Positions 1 to 9,846 are shown, counted from the first letter of the stretch. The stretch is DNA of 64,000 nucleotides from Candidatus Minusculum obligatum (GCA_002331145.1 DCYT01000001.1:223697-287696); one strand, 5' to 3'. Numbers and translations are program-made. Notes: generated by a model from the sequence alone, not told the origin.

Positions 1-1
1 A

Positions 2-580
<579 letters not shown>

Positions 581-584
<4 letters not shown>

Positions 585-1222
585 ACGCTTAGTACAATAA
601 TATCACCCTTTTTATCCGTTAGGTCCTTCTTTTTGATAGTTAGTTTATCAACTGGCTTCCCATTTGCTTCCTCTTTCTTAAACACCTTAAGAGCATCTTT
701 GTCTCCCATTCCTTCATAGTGCATAGGAATGATAACTGATGCCTCAAGCTTTACTGCAAGCTTATGCGCCTTATCCGCATCAAGTACTCCACCTCCTCCA
801 ATTGGTACAAAAAGAATGTCCACCTCATCGAGTGCCTCCCGTGCATCAGCTGGAATACTGTCTTCGCTCATTGCTCCAAGGAAAACAAGTGTCATTCCTT
901 CAAGCTCAACTACATACATAGTATTAAGTCCTTCAGGACCTCCATGCTCACTCTTTGTTAGATACCCGCGAATAGCAACTCCATTCTTCTCATATGCTCC
1001 CGGTCCACTTACAACAAATGAGTCATCCTTTGCTCCATTGAAATCAGGATGTTGCTTTGAGACAAGGGTAATATCTGCACCAAATCGTACAGGAGAGAGC
1101 TTTGAATCCTTGTGTGGAGGGTCAAAAAGGAGTGTTGTGTCACCAAAAGAGACTTTGAAACACTGTCCGCCGTGATGCGTAATAACCATTGCAAGCAGTA
1201 TACCAAACCCACCAAAATACAC
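581..1222 (-). CDS. MBL-fold metallo-hydrolase (beta-lactamase superfamily)
   Basis: 213 aa with a His-rich N-terminal motif (ITHHGG) and a later DxxG/H pattern typical of metal-dependent hydrolases of the metallo-beta-lactamase fold. Confidence 0.65.
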
Positions 1223-1281
1223 AATATACCTAGTTTTTAAGCCATATTATCTATTTTTAGCAAGAACACAGCTTTTAGGGG

Positions 1282-1309
1282 TTGACAAGTTTTAGTAGTG
1301 TGGTAAGGT
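1282..1309 (+). promoter_or_regulatory. sigma70-like promoter of unit A (TTGACA, 16-nt spacer, TGGTAAGGT)
   Basis: Perfect -35 TTGACA at 1282-1287 and TGgTAAGGT at 1301-1309, directly followed by a GC-rich hairpin. Confidence 0.5.
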
Positions 1310-1317
1310 GCTGTGGT

Positions 1318-1680
1318 CGGGACGGCGACCAAGGACTTAAGCGAAAGCTTCTCCTTGGTAGGCCGTCGACGTGAACCTTAAGAAATCAACCTGTCGCCAA
1401 CACATGGAGATCATTATGATCCATTCCATTCGGGGTTCCCCGAGCAATGCTCGCTTTTAATCCCGCCGAAATGACACCGATCTTGATCGACCTGGGCCGC
1501 CGCGCGGCCGCCGGCACCTGACTCGCGCTGGATGCGCAGAAAGGAAAACGTCATGAGGCCGTGATGGCCGAGGATTCAACCTTTTATAGTTGTAGATAGA
1601 TAAAATTTCGGGGCTGCTATAGCTAATCAAAGCTTTGCAGCCCCACTCACAATACTAGTCAATAAGACTAGTATTTTTAA
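1318..1680 (+). ncRNA. GC-rich structured transcript of unknown class (unit A); no convincing ORF
   Basis: About 360 nt between promoter and intrinsic terminator. GC is far above the genome background. 5' hairpin 1321-1367 with a GAAA tetraloop and internal loops, and a second hairpin GGGGCUGC...GCAGCCCC at 1602-1640. Only unconvincing short ORFs without SD. Does not match RNase P, tmRNA or 5S signatures I checked. Confidence 0.3.
1652..1680 (+). terminator. rho-independent terminator (ATACTAGTC-AATAA-GACTAGTAT + T-tract)
   Basis: 9-bp perfect stem, 5-nt loop, followed by TTTTTAA. Confidence 0.6.
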
Positions 1681-1694
1681 TATCAGACAACTTG

Positions 1695-1726
1695 TTGACA
1701 ACTTCATAACATTCTCGCAATAATAG
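1695..1726 (+). promoter_or_regulatory. sigma70-like promoter of unit B (TTGACA-N17/18-CAATAAT)
   Basis: TTGACA at 1695-1700 and A/T-rich -10 (CAATAAT) at 1718-1724. Downstream 5' hairpin ACCUUGCGUA-UUG-UACGCAAGGU. Confidence 0.5.
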
Positions 1727-1776
1727 ACGAGTTGACCTTGCGTATTGTACGCAAGGTAAATTGGAAGGATCAACAA

Positions 1777-1881
1777 ATGTTGAAACTTACCATCCGTTCC
1801 ACGCACGATCCGGGCTGCCGCCGTAGCGCCACCCTGATCGAAGTGGATCAATGCGAGACCATCGCCAACGTCGCTCGATGA
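1777..1881 (+). CDS. 34-aa sORF (unit B), MLKLTIRSTHDPGCRRSATLIEVDQCETIANVAR
   Basis: SD GGAAGGA 7 nt upstream of ATG. GC-rich. Own promoter and terminator. Same length and architecture as the unit C sORF. Coding status uncertain; could be a structured RNA instead. Confidence 0.3.
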   Translation: MLKLTIRSTHDPGCRRSATLIEVDQCETIANVAR

Positions 1882-1927
1882 ACGATCGCCCACAAGGAGG
1901 GAAACATGGATCCGCCCGAGTATTACC

Positions 1928-1962
1928 GCCCACAGCACTGCTGTGGGCTTTCTTTTTGTTTT
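1928..1962 (+). terminator. rho-independent terminator (GCCCACAGC-ACU-GCUGUGGGC + U-tract)
   Basis: 9-bp GC-rich stem followed by TTTCTTTTTGTTTT. Confidence 0.7.
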
Positions 1963-2048
1963 CCTACATAAATTCTTGACCTCAAAGTAATTAATGCTAC
2001 GTTTTAAGTACTTGCTTCATTCCGAAGTAGGTTGAACGGAGGTCTATC

Positions 2049-2153
2049 ATGACCCATCACACCAGCTTTGCTGTCAACACGGAGCGAATCAACGCTGCTA
2101 CTGTTGACTACACGCTCGCTGTTGAAACCGGCCGGACCGCCACGCACGGATAG
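2049..2153 (+). CDS. 34-aa sORF (unit C), MTHHTSFAVNTERINAATVDYTLAVETGRTATHG
   Basis: SD GGAGG 6 nt upstream of ATG. GC-rich. Preceded by TTGACC at 1975 and followed by a weak terminator. Weak similarity to the unit B peptide (A-T-x7-E-T). Confidence 0.3.
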   Translation: MTHHTSFAVNTERINAATVDYTLAVETGRTATHG

Positions 2154-2220
2154 TCCAGGTCGCCGTCGAATACTCTAAACCTGTGTGGGGAGCCCCAGTG
2201 CTCCTCATGCAGACACAGCT

Positions 2221-2246
2221 CACAGTTTAACTGTGGGTTTTTCTTT
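2221..2246 (+). terminator. weak intrinsic terminator (CACAG-UUUAA-CUGUG + GGUUUUUCUUU)
   Basis: Short 5-bp stem with a T-rich tail. Ends unit C before rpsA. Confidence 0.35.
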
Positions 2247-2372
2247 ACTTTTCATACAAAAATAGCTATATTTCCATGACTTCAGTACGGAGTAATTAAT
2301 TGACGTATGTAGCTAACACTGCGCTCTATAAAGCAGTACTAGATACGAAACTCCCGAACAAGACAATTACAT

Positions 2373-3449
2373 ATGTTTGGAACAAAAGAGATGGAACATC
2401 CTCTGAATCATTTGATTGAGGAGGCACCAGAGCCACCACAGCCAGGAGATACTGTAGAAGGAGAAATTGTAGCGATTGACCGTGGTCGTGTATACGTAGA
2501 CCTTCCCCCATTTGGGACAGGTATTATCTATGGACGTGAGTACCTAAGTGCTTCTGATATTCTTCGAAAGAGCAATATTGGAGATGCTATTTCTGCAAAG
2601 GTTGTAGATAGCTCAGGACTTGATGGATACATCGAGCTTTCACTTAAGGAAGCACGCCAAGCTGCTATCTGGGGAGAGGCAGAACTTGCTATCGCAGGAG
2701 GTACTACCTACAACATCAATGTTGAGGATGCGAATAAGGGAGGACTTATTCTTAAGTGGCAAGGAATCGATGGATTCCTTCCAGCTTCACAGCTGCGAAG
2801 CGAACACTACCCTCGAGTACAAGATGGAGACAAGGATGAAATTCTTGGAGAACTTAAGAAGTTTATCGGTACTCCCCTTGCTGTTCGAATCATCACAGCA
2901 GATCCAAAGGAAGGAAAGCTTATCTTTACTGAGAAATCTCACGAAGAGGAAGAGGCAAAGACAGATGCAGTTGATAAGTACTCTGTAGGAGATGTTGTAG
3001 AAGGAACCGTAACAGGAGGTGTTGAGTTTGGTCTCTTTGTTGAGATTGAGCAGGGTCTTGAGGGACTTGTGCACATCTCAGAGATCGACTGGGCTCTTGT
3101 TGAGGACCCAGCAGCTCTCTACCCTGTTGGAACAGCAGTTAAAGTTAAGGTTATTGATGTGAAGGACGGAAAGGTTTCTCTTTCAATCAAGGCTCTTAAG
3201 GAGAACCCTTGGGATACTGCAGCAAAGAAGTACAAGAAGGACACTGAGGTTACTGGAGTTGTTATCAAGTACAACAAGCATGGAGCTCTTGCCTCTATTG
3301 AGGAAGGAGTTGCAGGACTTGTGCATGTTTCAGAATTTGAAAGCATGGCAGATCTTCGAGAGAAACTTGAGCTTGGAAAGACATACCCATTCACCATTAC
3401 TCTCTTTGAAGCAAAGGAGCAGCGCATGACGCTCTCATACAAAGGATAA
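2373..3449 (+). CDS. rpsA: 30S ribosomal protein S1 (short four-S1-domain form)
   Basis: 358 aa with repeated S1 RNA-binding domain signatures (GxxVxGxV...G.GGLLH.SE..W). Followed by a strong terminator. Confidence 0.8.
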   Translation: MFGTKEMEHPLNHLIEEAPEPPQPGDTVEGEIVAIDRGRVYVDLPPFGTGIIYGREYLSASDILRKSNIGDAISAKVVDSSGLDGYIELSLKEARQAAIWGEAELAIAGGTTYNINVEDANKGGLILKWQGIDGFLPASQLRSEHYPRVQDGDKDEILGELKKFIGTPLAVRIITADPKEGKLIFTEKSHEEEEAKTDAVDKYSVGDVVEGTVTGGVEFGLFVEIEQGLEGLVHISEIDWALVEDPAALYPVGTAVKVKVIDVKDGKVSLSIKALKENPWDTAAKKYKKDTEVTGVVIKYNKHGALASIEEGVAGLVHVSEFESMADLREKLELGKTYPFTITLFEAKEQRMTLSYKG

Positions 3450-3463
3450 TCAATTCCTTAATA

Positions 3464-3497
3464 AAAACACCCTCCGTCTGGAGGGTGTTTTTATTTT
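3464..3497 (+). terminator. rho-independent terminator after rpsA
   Basis: ACACCCUCC-GUCU-GGAGGGUGU followed by TTTTTATTTT. Confidence 0.8.
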
Positions 3498-3559
3498 GAC
3501 TTTTCTCTATTTGAGGAGTACCTTCGATATTAGAAATGTACTTAGCCAGGGAGGAAATA

Positions 3560-3727
3560 ATGGCACAAGAAACTATTGGTGAGGGCGGAAGCATTGATGC
3601 AAACGGCAACTTTGTTCCTGCAAAAGGCGGAAGTCCGATTGTACCATTCGTGATTGACATCGTGGTTTTCGTCGGAATTGTCTGGGCACTCCTAAGTGGA
3701 ATCTCCTGGATTGTAAACGCCCTCTAG
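3560..3727 (+). CDS. small membrane protein (55 aa, C-terminal TM helix)
   Basis: SD GGGAGG 5 nt upstream of ATG at 3560. Hydrophobic C-terminus (IVPFVIDIVVFVGIVWALLSGI). Terminator-like hairpin follows. Confidence 0.45.
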   Translation: MAQETIGEGGSIDANGNFVPAKGGSPIVPFVIDIVVFVGIVWALLSGISWIVNAL

Positions 3728-3745
3728 ATTTACCGAACCTATTTA

Positions 3746-3772
3746 ACGGCTCACCTGTGTGAGCCGTTTCTA
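3746..3772 (+). terminator. intrinsic terminator-like hairpin (ACGGCUCAC-CUGU-GUGAGCCGU UUC)
   Basis: 9-bp stem with a weak U-tail. Confidence 0.45.
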
Positions 3773-3806
3773 CTGCTATACTCTTATGCAGAAAGGAGGT
3801 AAGGAA

Positions 3807-3926
3807 ATGATACACCCTGATGATTTCCCTCCACGTGAACGCAGACAAGGACATAAATTCCTTTGGGGACTTTTGCTCGTTGGGGCAGTTCTTGCAGTTA
3901 CTGCTATTCGATGCACCGGTGCTTAG
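3807..3926 (+). CDS. small membrane peptide (39 aa)
   Basis: Strong SD AAAGGAGGT upstream of ATG at 3807. Hydrophobic core FLWGLLLVGAVLAVTAI. 3' end overlaps the pth stop on the opposite strand. Confidence 0.4.
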   Translation: MIHPDDFPPRERRQGHKFLWGLLLVGAVLAVTAIRCTGA

Positions 3927-4516
3927 CGCCAACTATTCACTTCATTCTGTGCAATCACGTGACCGTCGGCAAGGATAAGCTCAACAGCTTGCCTCGCCTT
4001 TTTCTTTGCCTTATTCCAAGTAGTCTTATCTTTTCCAAAATCACTCATCAAATACTTAAGTACTTTCTCCTCCCCCTTCGGCTTCTTTGTCTTCCCCTTG
4101 GGGGTTGCAGCAGATATCCCTACCCGAAGACGAATAAAATCTTTTGTTTTTATTCCTCGCATTATTGAGTCAACTCCCTTGTGTCCACCTGATCCTCCTC
4201 CAAAAGATATTTTTATCTTCCCTAAAGGCAAATCAAGATCGTCATAGATAACAATCATTTTCTTTGCAGCATTCACGCTCTTCACAATTTTAGATACCGC
4301 AGACCCAGACTTATTCATGAAGGTGTTTGGAGACAAGAGTGTCACCTTCTCCCCTTCTATTACACCTGTTCCCTTTTCTGCATTACTTGCCTTGTGCTCC
4401 TTCATTTCAATTCCATACTCATCTGCAAGCAAATCAATCACCATGCGTCCAACATTGTGCTTTGTATTTGTGTATTCCCCTCCCGGATTTCCGAGCCCAA
4501 CGATTGTATGTGCCAT
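3923..4516 (-). CDS. pth: peptidyl-tRNA hydrolase
   Basis: N-terminal GLGNPG..Y..T.HNVG motif and overall Pth length and pattern (197 aa). Confidence 0.9.
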   Translation of the reverse strand: MAHTIVGLGNPGGEYTNTKHNVGRMVIDLLADEYGIEMKEHKASNAEKGTGVIEGEKVTLLSPNTFMNKSGSAVSKIVKSVNAAKKMIVIYDDLDLPLGKIKISFGGGSGGHKGVDSIMRGIKTKDFIRLRVGISAATPKGKTKKPKGEEKVLKYLMSDFGKDKTTWNKAKKKARQAVELILADGHVIAQNEVNSWR

Positions 4517-4568
4517 TATTCGTGATTGTATCAGAAAAGACTCACATCGTGTGATGTGAGTCTTTTTT

Positions 4569-4817
4569 CTATAATCTCAAGCCTTTTGAAACATACTCAA
4601 CAAAGTCTGTAGCAAATCCCTTTAATCTAAGTTTTTTCTCAAAAGAACTTTTTTTTACCTTATGCGGATAAGTTGTTAAACACTCTGTAATAGAAGAAGC
4701 AATTGCGTGCGCCTCAAAGGCAGTAAACGCACCACCATTTTGTAAGCGTTCTTCAATACCTCTTCCAAGCGCATGAACATACAAAACTGTTGCTGGATGC
4801 AAACCTTTTTGCGACAT
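4569..4817 (-). CDS. hypothetical protein (82 aa)
   Basis: Strong SD GGAGGTG 4 nt upstream of ATG. No recognisable family. Confidence 0.45.
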   Translation of the reverse strand: MSQKGLHPATVLYVHALGRGIEERLQNGGAFTAFEAHAIASSITECLTTYPHKVKKSSFEKKLRLKGFATDFVEYVSKGLRL

Positions 4818-4913
4818 AATTCACCTCCAATCTTTACTCAAGCTACCTAAAAATTTTTCAAAATACAAGAAATTTGCATCGAACCTTTGAAGTAAGTACA
4901 ATAGTGTCTACTT

Positions 4914-5453
4914 ATGGCCTTTCTAAAGTTTGTTCTACGAGAAATTCTTGTTTTCCTACTCTTGGCCGTCCTCATTGTTGTTCCGTTTCGACTTTTTATT
5001 GCCCAACCCTTCGTTGTACAAGGTGCTTCGATGGAACCAACATACATAAATGGCGAGTACCTCATTATTGACCAGCTAAGTTATAGATTTGGTGACCCTA
5101 AGCGTGGAGATGTGATCACCTTCCGCTACCCAGAAGACCCTTCTGTCTTCTTTATTAAAAGAATTGTTGGACTTCCTGGAGAAACTGTCGTTGTAGAGGA
5201 TGAGACAGTAACAGTAACCACTCCTGGAGTAGGAACAGTCCAGTTGGTGGAGCCATATGCAAAATTTGATGGCCCACTATTTGGAAGACAGAGCTTAACT
5301 CTAGATGAAGGAGAGTATTACGTCCTTGGAGACAATAGGCCACGAAGTGCTGACTCTCGTGTATGGGGAGCACTTCCTGAAGAAAATATTATGGGACGAG
5401 CATTCCTTCGATTACTACCACTTAACAACATTGATTACTTGCCAGGAATATAA
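4914..5453 (+). CDS. lepB: signal peptidase I
   Basis: N-terminal TM, then GASMEPT (Ser box), IKRIVGLPGE, and GDNR..S.DSR motifs of the S26 family. Confidence 0.9.
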   Translation: MAFLKFVLREILVFLLLAVLIVVPFRLFIAQPFVVQGASMEPTYINGEYLIIDQLSYRFGDPKRGDVITFRYPEDPSVFFIKRIVGLPGETVVVEDETVTVTTPGVGTVQLVEPYAKFDGPLFGRQSLTLDEGEYYVLGDNRPRSADSRVWGALPEENIMGRAFLRLLPLNNIDYLPGI

Positions 5454-5454
5454 T

Positions 5455-6618
5455 ATGGGACAGAATGACATTTTTCTTACAGTTGATCCTGATGTGCTTC
5501 TAAAGCGCACACATGCTATTGCCTCATACTATGGATTTGAGTACCTTCCTGACTTTTTAAATGCACGTAAAGATAGAAAAACGAAAGCAACATATCCAGA
5601 TGGCATTGACCCAAAGACAATGGATCCGGTAAGTGGAACATTTGCACAATTCCTGCGACAAATGAAAGAGTACGATGTTGATCCAAATGGTCGACCTCGC
5701 TTCTTCTGGCACACCAATGCAACACCAGGGCGAAGGAGTCCAAAGCAACTAACAGTACACCTACATATTGTTGGAGTTGAAAAAGCTATTGCAGATGCTC
5801 TTATGGTGCGAACCTTCAAAGCACTTATACGAGACCTTACAAAAGAAGATCCTGTAGTACGAGTTAACTCTATGGGAGATCCAGATACGCTCGTTCGATA
5901 CTCACGAGAACTTGGAAACTTCTTTAAGCGAAATATCACAGAACTTTCTCCACAGTGTCAGGCACACCTTCGAAATGACCCCCTTGAAGCACTTGATCAT
6001 CTTCTTCGATACGAAGATGGCTTGGGACACCGAGCCCCCTCTCCTATGGACTACCTCTCTGAGAGCTCTCGTGTACAGCTTGAGGGACTTCTTGAGTACC
6101 TTGAGGCAACAAAGACTGAGTACGAGCTAACACCACACCTCTTTGATCGAAAAGGAAATCTTTCAGAGACAAACTTTGAGCTTGTAACAAGTGAAGGACC
6201 TATCGTACGCGGAGGACGGTACAACACTCTTGCAAGTAAGTTCTATAAAGAAGGAGGGCAAGTGGTTGGAGGCGTACTCCGAGCTAATGCAAAAACAGAA
6301 GCTGAACCAAAGCGAGTTCCAAAGAAAAAGAACTCTGCACCTATTGTATTTGTCCAGGTTGGACCTGAAGCAAAGAGACTTTCTCTTTCTCTTCTTGAAG
6401 AGCTTCGTGATGCAAACGTAAAGCTTGCACAGACTGTAGGTATTGAGTCACTCATCGACCAAATGACAGTGGCAGACAGCATCGACTCTCCATACCTTAT
6501 GATCATGGGGCACAAAGAGGCTCTTGAAAACAGTGTGATAATTCGGGACCGAGCAACAAATTCTCAAACTACTGTACCTATTGATTCTCTTGTAGATGAA
6601 TTACAGAAGCTTGCGTAA
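5455..6618 (+). CDS. HisRS-like class IIa aminoacyl-tRNA synthetase paralog with C-terminal anticodon-binding domain; motif 2 degenerate
   Basis: GGRYN (HisRS/HisZ GGRYD motif), HLHIVGVE resembling the HisRS motif 2 tail (HQIGVEV), and a C-terminal HGPT-type anticodon-binding domain (PIVFVQVG...). Motif 2 FRYERPQ is replaced by FFWHTNATPGRR. I chose the start at 5455 (ATG after the lepB stop) rather than 5305, which overlaps lepB. Confidence 0.55.
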   Translation: MGQNDIFLTVDPDVLLKRTHAIASYYGFEYLPDFLNARKDRKTKATYPDGIDPKTMDPVSGTFAQFLRQMKEYDVDPNGRPRFFWHTNATPGRRSPKQLTVHLHIVGVEKAIADALMVRTFKALIRDLTKEDPVVRVNSMGDPDTLVRYSRELGNFFKRNITELSPQCQAHLRNDPLEALDHLLRYEDGLGHRAPSPMDYLSESSRVQLEGLLEYLEATKTEYELTPHLFDRKGNLSETNFELVTSEGPIVRGGRYNTLASKFYKEGGQVVGGVLRANAKTEAEPKRVPKKKNSAPIVFVQVGPEAKRLSLSLLEELRDANVKLAQTVGIESLIDQMTVADSIDSPYLMIMGHKEALENSVIIRDRATNSQTTVPIDSLVDELQKLA

Positions 6619-6660
6619 AGACTTCACTTTTTTACCCCTCTATGTTACATTTTCCGCACT

Positions 6661-6921
6661 ATGAATAACGCAGTTCGCGTAGAAGTATCAAAGAAAGGGA
6701 GCGAGAATAGCACATCGCTTATTCGTCGTTTCTCACGTCGTGCTATGAGCGCGGCTATTGTGCGAACAATGCGAAATCGTCGATTCTTCGACCGACCTCT
6801 TTCAAAGAACGTGCAGCAGAAGAAAAAGCTTCACTCACTTGCAAAGCGAGCCAACTATGAGGAGCAGGTAAAGCTTGGTAAAATTGATCCAGCCGCACGT
6901 AAGCGTGGCCGACGCCGCTAA
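6661..6921 (+). CDS. rpsU: ribosomal protein S21-like small basic protein
   Basis: 86 aa, very basic, with LIRRFSRRAM...RRFF..P pattern resembling bS21 (ALRRFKR...RREFYEKP). Confidence 0.5.
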   Translation: MNNAVRVEVSKKGSENSTSLIRRFSRRAMSAAIVRTMRNRRFFDRPLSKNVQQKKKLHSLAKRANYEEQVKLGKIDPAARKRGRRR

Positions 6922-7301
6922 TGGATACGAATTTTTCAATACGTAAAACTTCGCGGGGTATTCCCCCGCGAATTTTATATAAAGAGATCAAGAACGATAT
7001 TCTCGGGAAGAGTTTTGATTTGTCTCTTGTTTTTGTTGGAGACATGCTTGCAACTCGTTTAAATATTGAACGAAGAGGAAAAGGATATACACCAAATGTT
7101 CTAACCTTTCCGTTAACTGAAAAGTCAGGAGAGATGTTTATTAATCTTCGTGAAGCGAAGCGTCAGGCAAAAAAATATGGTGTTCCATACAGAACTTGGA
7201 CACTCCAATTGTTTATCCACGGCCTACTACACTTGGAGGGTATGGATCATGGCGCTACAATGGAAACAAAGGAGCAGAAGCTTGTGAGGAAGTACTCATA
7301 A
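6921..7301 (+). CDS. ybeY: rRNA maturation endoribonuclease YbeY
   Basis: HGLLHLEGMDH zinc-binding motif (H-x-x-x-H-x-x-G-x-D-H) characteristic of YbeY/UPF0054. 126 aa. Confidence 0.85.
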   Translation: MDTNFSIRKTSRGIPPRILYKEIKNDILGKSFDLSLVFVGDMLATRLNIERRGKGYTPNVLTFPLTEKSGEMFINLREAKRQAKKYGVPYRTWTLQLFIHGLLHLEGMDHGATMETKEQKLVRKYS

Positions 7302-7322
7302 TCTAGCGCCTATGTTTTTTCC

Positions 7323-8495
7323 ATGGCACGCCGCATTGCAACAGGTATTGATATTGGAACCCACCAGGTAAAGGTGGTTATTGCTGAGGTTGCCCAAACA
7401 AAAGGAGGAAGCACCTACCCCAAAATCCTAGGAACTGGAATCTCTGAAAGCAAAGGACTTAGGCACGGATATATTGTAAATAACACTGACGTTTCAAAGA
7501 GTGTTGCAGAAGCACACCAGCAAGCTGAGGCCGCTGCTGGTATTCAGACAAAGAAAGCGTTTCTTTCTGTTGGAGGTATTGGTATTGATGAGATTAAAAC
7601 AACAGGAGAGACAATTATTCAAAGAGCAGACTCTGAGGTAACTGATCTTGATGTAGAAAAAGCTATTGAAGCTGCTCGAATGCTAGCTGAGCCGAACCTT
7701 ACCAATCGAAGGGTGCTCCACCAAATTCCCCTCACCTATCGTCTTGATGGACATGCAGTCCACGGCAACCGTCCACAAGGGATGAGCGGAACAAAACTAG
7801 AGGTTGATGTGCTTTTCATAACAACTCTTAAGCAACACCATGATGATTTAGTTGCTGCAGTAGAAGAAATTGGTATTGAAGTACTGGACGAGATGGCGTC
7901 TCCCCTTGCAGGAAGTTTTGTAACTCTTTCAAAAGAACAGAAGATGAAAGGAGTGGTTCTTGCAAACATTGGAGCTGAGACAGTGTCTGTTGTTATTTAT
8001 GACCACAATGTTCCTGTGTCAGTTAAAGTTTTTGATATTGGAAGTGCCAACATTACCGACGACCTGGCACTCGCTCTTCGCATTCCTCCAGAGGATGCAG
8101 AGAAGCTAAAGCTCAATAAATTAGCTGGAGAAGGATATCCAGAGAAACGAGTGCAGTCTATTATCCAACAACGACTTAAGGCTATCTTTGCACTCATTGA
8201 TGCGCACCTTAAAGAGATTGGGAAGAACCAAATGCTTCCTGCTGGAGTTGTGTTAGCTGGAGGAGGAGCTGGGATTGGAGATATTCGAGACATTGCACGA
8301 AGTTGCTTGAAGCTTCCATCACGAACAGCACAGCTGCAGGTACCGGAGAACACCCAAATAAAGGATTCTTCATGGGCTGTTGCATATGGACTTACTATTT
8401 GGGGTCTTACAAGTGAACAAGAGACAGGTGCAAGTACCATGATTCGAGGAGCTGGGAACTCTTTTACAAAATTCTTCAAACAGTTCCTTCCATAG
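7323..8495 (+). CDS. ftsA: cell division protein FtsA
   Basis: Actin-like ATPase fold pattern (GIDIGT..VKVVIAEV...; LAGGGA). Located immediately upstream of ftsZ. Confidence 0.85.
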   Translation: MARRIATGIDIGTHQVKVVIAEVAQTKGGSTYPKILGTGISESKGLRHGYIVNNTDVSKSVAEAHQQAEAAAGIQTKKAFLSVGGIGIDEIKTTGETIIQRADSEVTDLDVEKAIEAARMLAEPNLTNRRVLHQIPLTYRLDGHAVHGNRPQGMSGTKLEVDVLFITTLKQHHDDLVAAVEEIGIEVLDEMASPLAGSFVTLSKEQKMKGVVLANIGAETVSVVIYDHNVPVSVKVFDIGSANITDDLALALRIPPEDAEKLKLNKLAGEGYPEKRVQSIIQQRLKAIFALIDAHLKEIGKNQMLPAGVVLAGGGAGIGDIRDIARSCLKLPSRTAQLQVPENTQIKDSSWAVAYGLTIWGLTSEQETGASTMIRGAGNSFTKFFKQFLP

Positions 8496-8581
8496 GACAC
8501 AAATAGAGGTGACATGTCAACGCTTTGCAAGCGCTGTTTCATTTCTGTATGATAGGTAGCAACTAATTAAGCGCGTAAGAT

Positions 8582-9787
8582 ATGGCAAGAAAAGTACAGC
8601 CCGACGTAGAATCATTTGCACGAATTCGAGTGGTTGGAGTTGGAGGGTCAGGAAACAATGCGGTTAATCATATGATTAACTCAAAAGTGAAGGGAGTTGA
8701 GTTCATTGCGATCAATACTGATGCGCAAGATCTTCATAGGTCACTAGCAAAGAGGAAAATTCATATTGGAAAGAACGTAACACGAGGATTGGGAGCTGGA
8801 GGACATCCAGACACGGGACAGCGAGCAGCCGAGGAAACTCGTGAAGAAATTCAGGAAGCACTAAAAGGTTCTGACATGGTATTTGTTACCTGCGGAATGG
8901 GAGGAGGAACAGGAACAGGAGCAGCACCTGTTATTGCACGGATAGCTCAAGAAGTAGGAGCACTTACTGTGGCTGTTGTTACAAAGCCATTCTCATTTGA
9001 AGGACAGCAACGAACACGGACTGCAGAGCACGGACTTGCAGTACTTAAGGATTCAGTAGATGCGCACATCGCTATTCCAAACGACAAGCTGCTAACTATT
9101 GTTGATCAGAACACAACAAGCAAATCAGCGTTTGCTATGTGTGATGACATTCTTCGACAAGCTGTTGAGGGAGTATCAGACATTATTACAACCGCAGGAG
9201 AAATTAATACTGACTTCAATGACATTAAGTCAGTTATGGAGGCTGCAGGACCTGCCCTTATGGGAATTGGAATTGCAGATGGTGACACTCGAGCTAAAGA
9301 TGCTGCAGAGATCGCTATCAATTCCCCACTTCTTGATGTATCTATCTCAGGAGCTAAGGGAGTATTGCTTGCTGTTGCAGGAAGCGATGATCTTGGAATC
9401 CTTGAGGTTCAGGAAGCTGCAAAGGTTGTAACTGAAGCAGTTGATACTGATGCGAAGATTATCTTCGGAATCATGAAGGACGAGAAGCTTAAGAAGGGTC
9501 ACATCCGTGTAATTGTTATCGCAACAGGATTCCCAGAAAAAGGTTCGAATGTTGTACCTGAGCGAAACACTTCCCTTTTCTCACTTCCACGAAAGGAACA
9601 GGAGGATGAGAGGGACCGAATCTACAATTCAGTAATTCCAAAGAGCAAGGAGGTTACAGAAGAAAAGAAAGAAGAAGTACCGGTAGTAGAAGAGCCTCTT
9701 GAAGAAGAAGTAATTGAAGACGAGGACGATAATCAAAAAGATAATCTAGGAGGAGCAATTCCTTCATTCTTACGACGCAATAAGTAA
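8582..9787 (+). CDS. ftsZ: cell division GTPase FtsZ
   Basis: [10 protein letters not shown] and [13 protein letters not shown] tubulin signature. Acidic C-terminal tail. Confidence 0.95.
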   Translation: MARKVQPDVESFARIRVVGVGGSGNNAVNHMINSKVKGVEFIAINTDAQDLHRSLAKRKIHIGKNVTRGLGAGGHPDTGQRAAEETREEIQEALKGSDMVFVTCGMGGGTGTGAAPVIARIAQEVGALTVAVVTKPFSFEGQQRTRTAEHGLAVLKDSVDAHIAIPNDKLLTIVDQNTTSKSAFAMCDDILRQAVEGVSDIITTAGEINTDFNDIKSVMEAAGPALMGIGIADGDTRAKDAAEIAINSPLLDVSISGAKGVLLAVAGSDDLGILEVQEAAKVVTEAVDTDAKIIFGIMKDEKLKKGHIRVIVIATGFPEKGSNVVPERNTSLFSLPRKEQEDERDRIYNSVIPKSKEVTEEKKEEVPVVEEPLEEEVIEDEDDNQKDNLGGAIPSFLRRNK

Positions 9788-9846
9788 AAGCAAACACTCT
9801 CTGTTTGATGTATACTGGGCTGTAATAACAGCTCAGTTTTCATTTT

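Noticed and set aside
1270-1640. tmRNA hypothesis for unit A (GGGGUUG at 1271 could pair with CAGCCCC at 1632)
   Set aside because: There is no T-arm (GGUUCGANUCC) before the putative acceptor 3' strand, no UUCGACGGG 5' motif, and no tag-peptide ORF ending in Ala-Ala. GGGGUUGACA is better explained as part of the -35 promoter element.
1795-1875. 5S-rRNA-like motifs in unit B (GCCGUAGCGCC, CACCCUGA, GAAGUG, AUGCGAGA in 5S order)
   Set aside because: The 11-mer and neighbouring motifs resemble bacterial 5S rRNA. However, the loop C region (CCGAAC), the second CCGUAGCGCC copy and any helix I 5'/3' complement are missing, so it cannot fold as 5S. Kept only as a curiosity; could be a remnant or chance.
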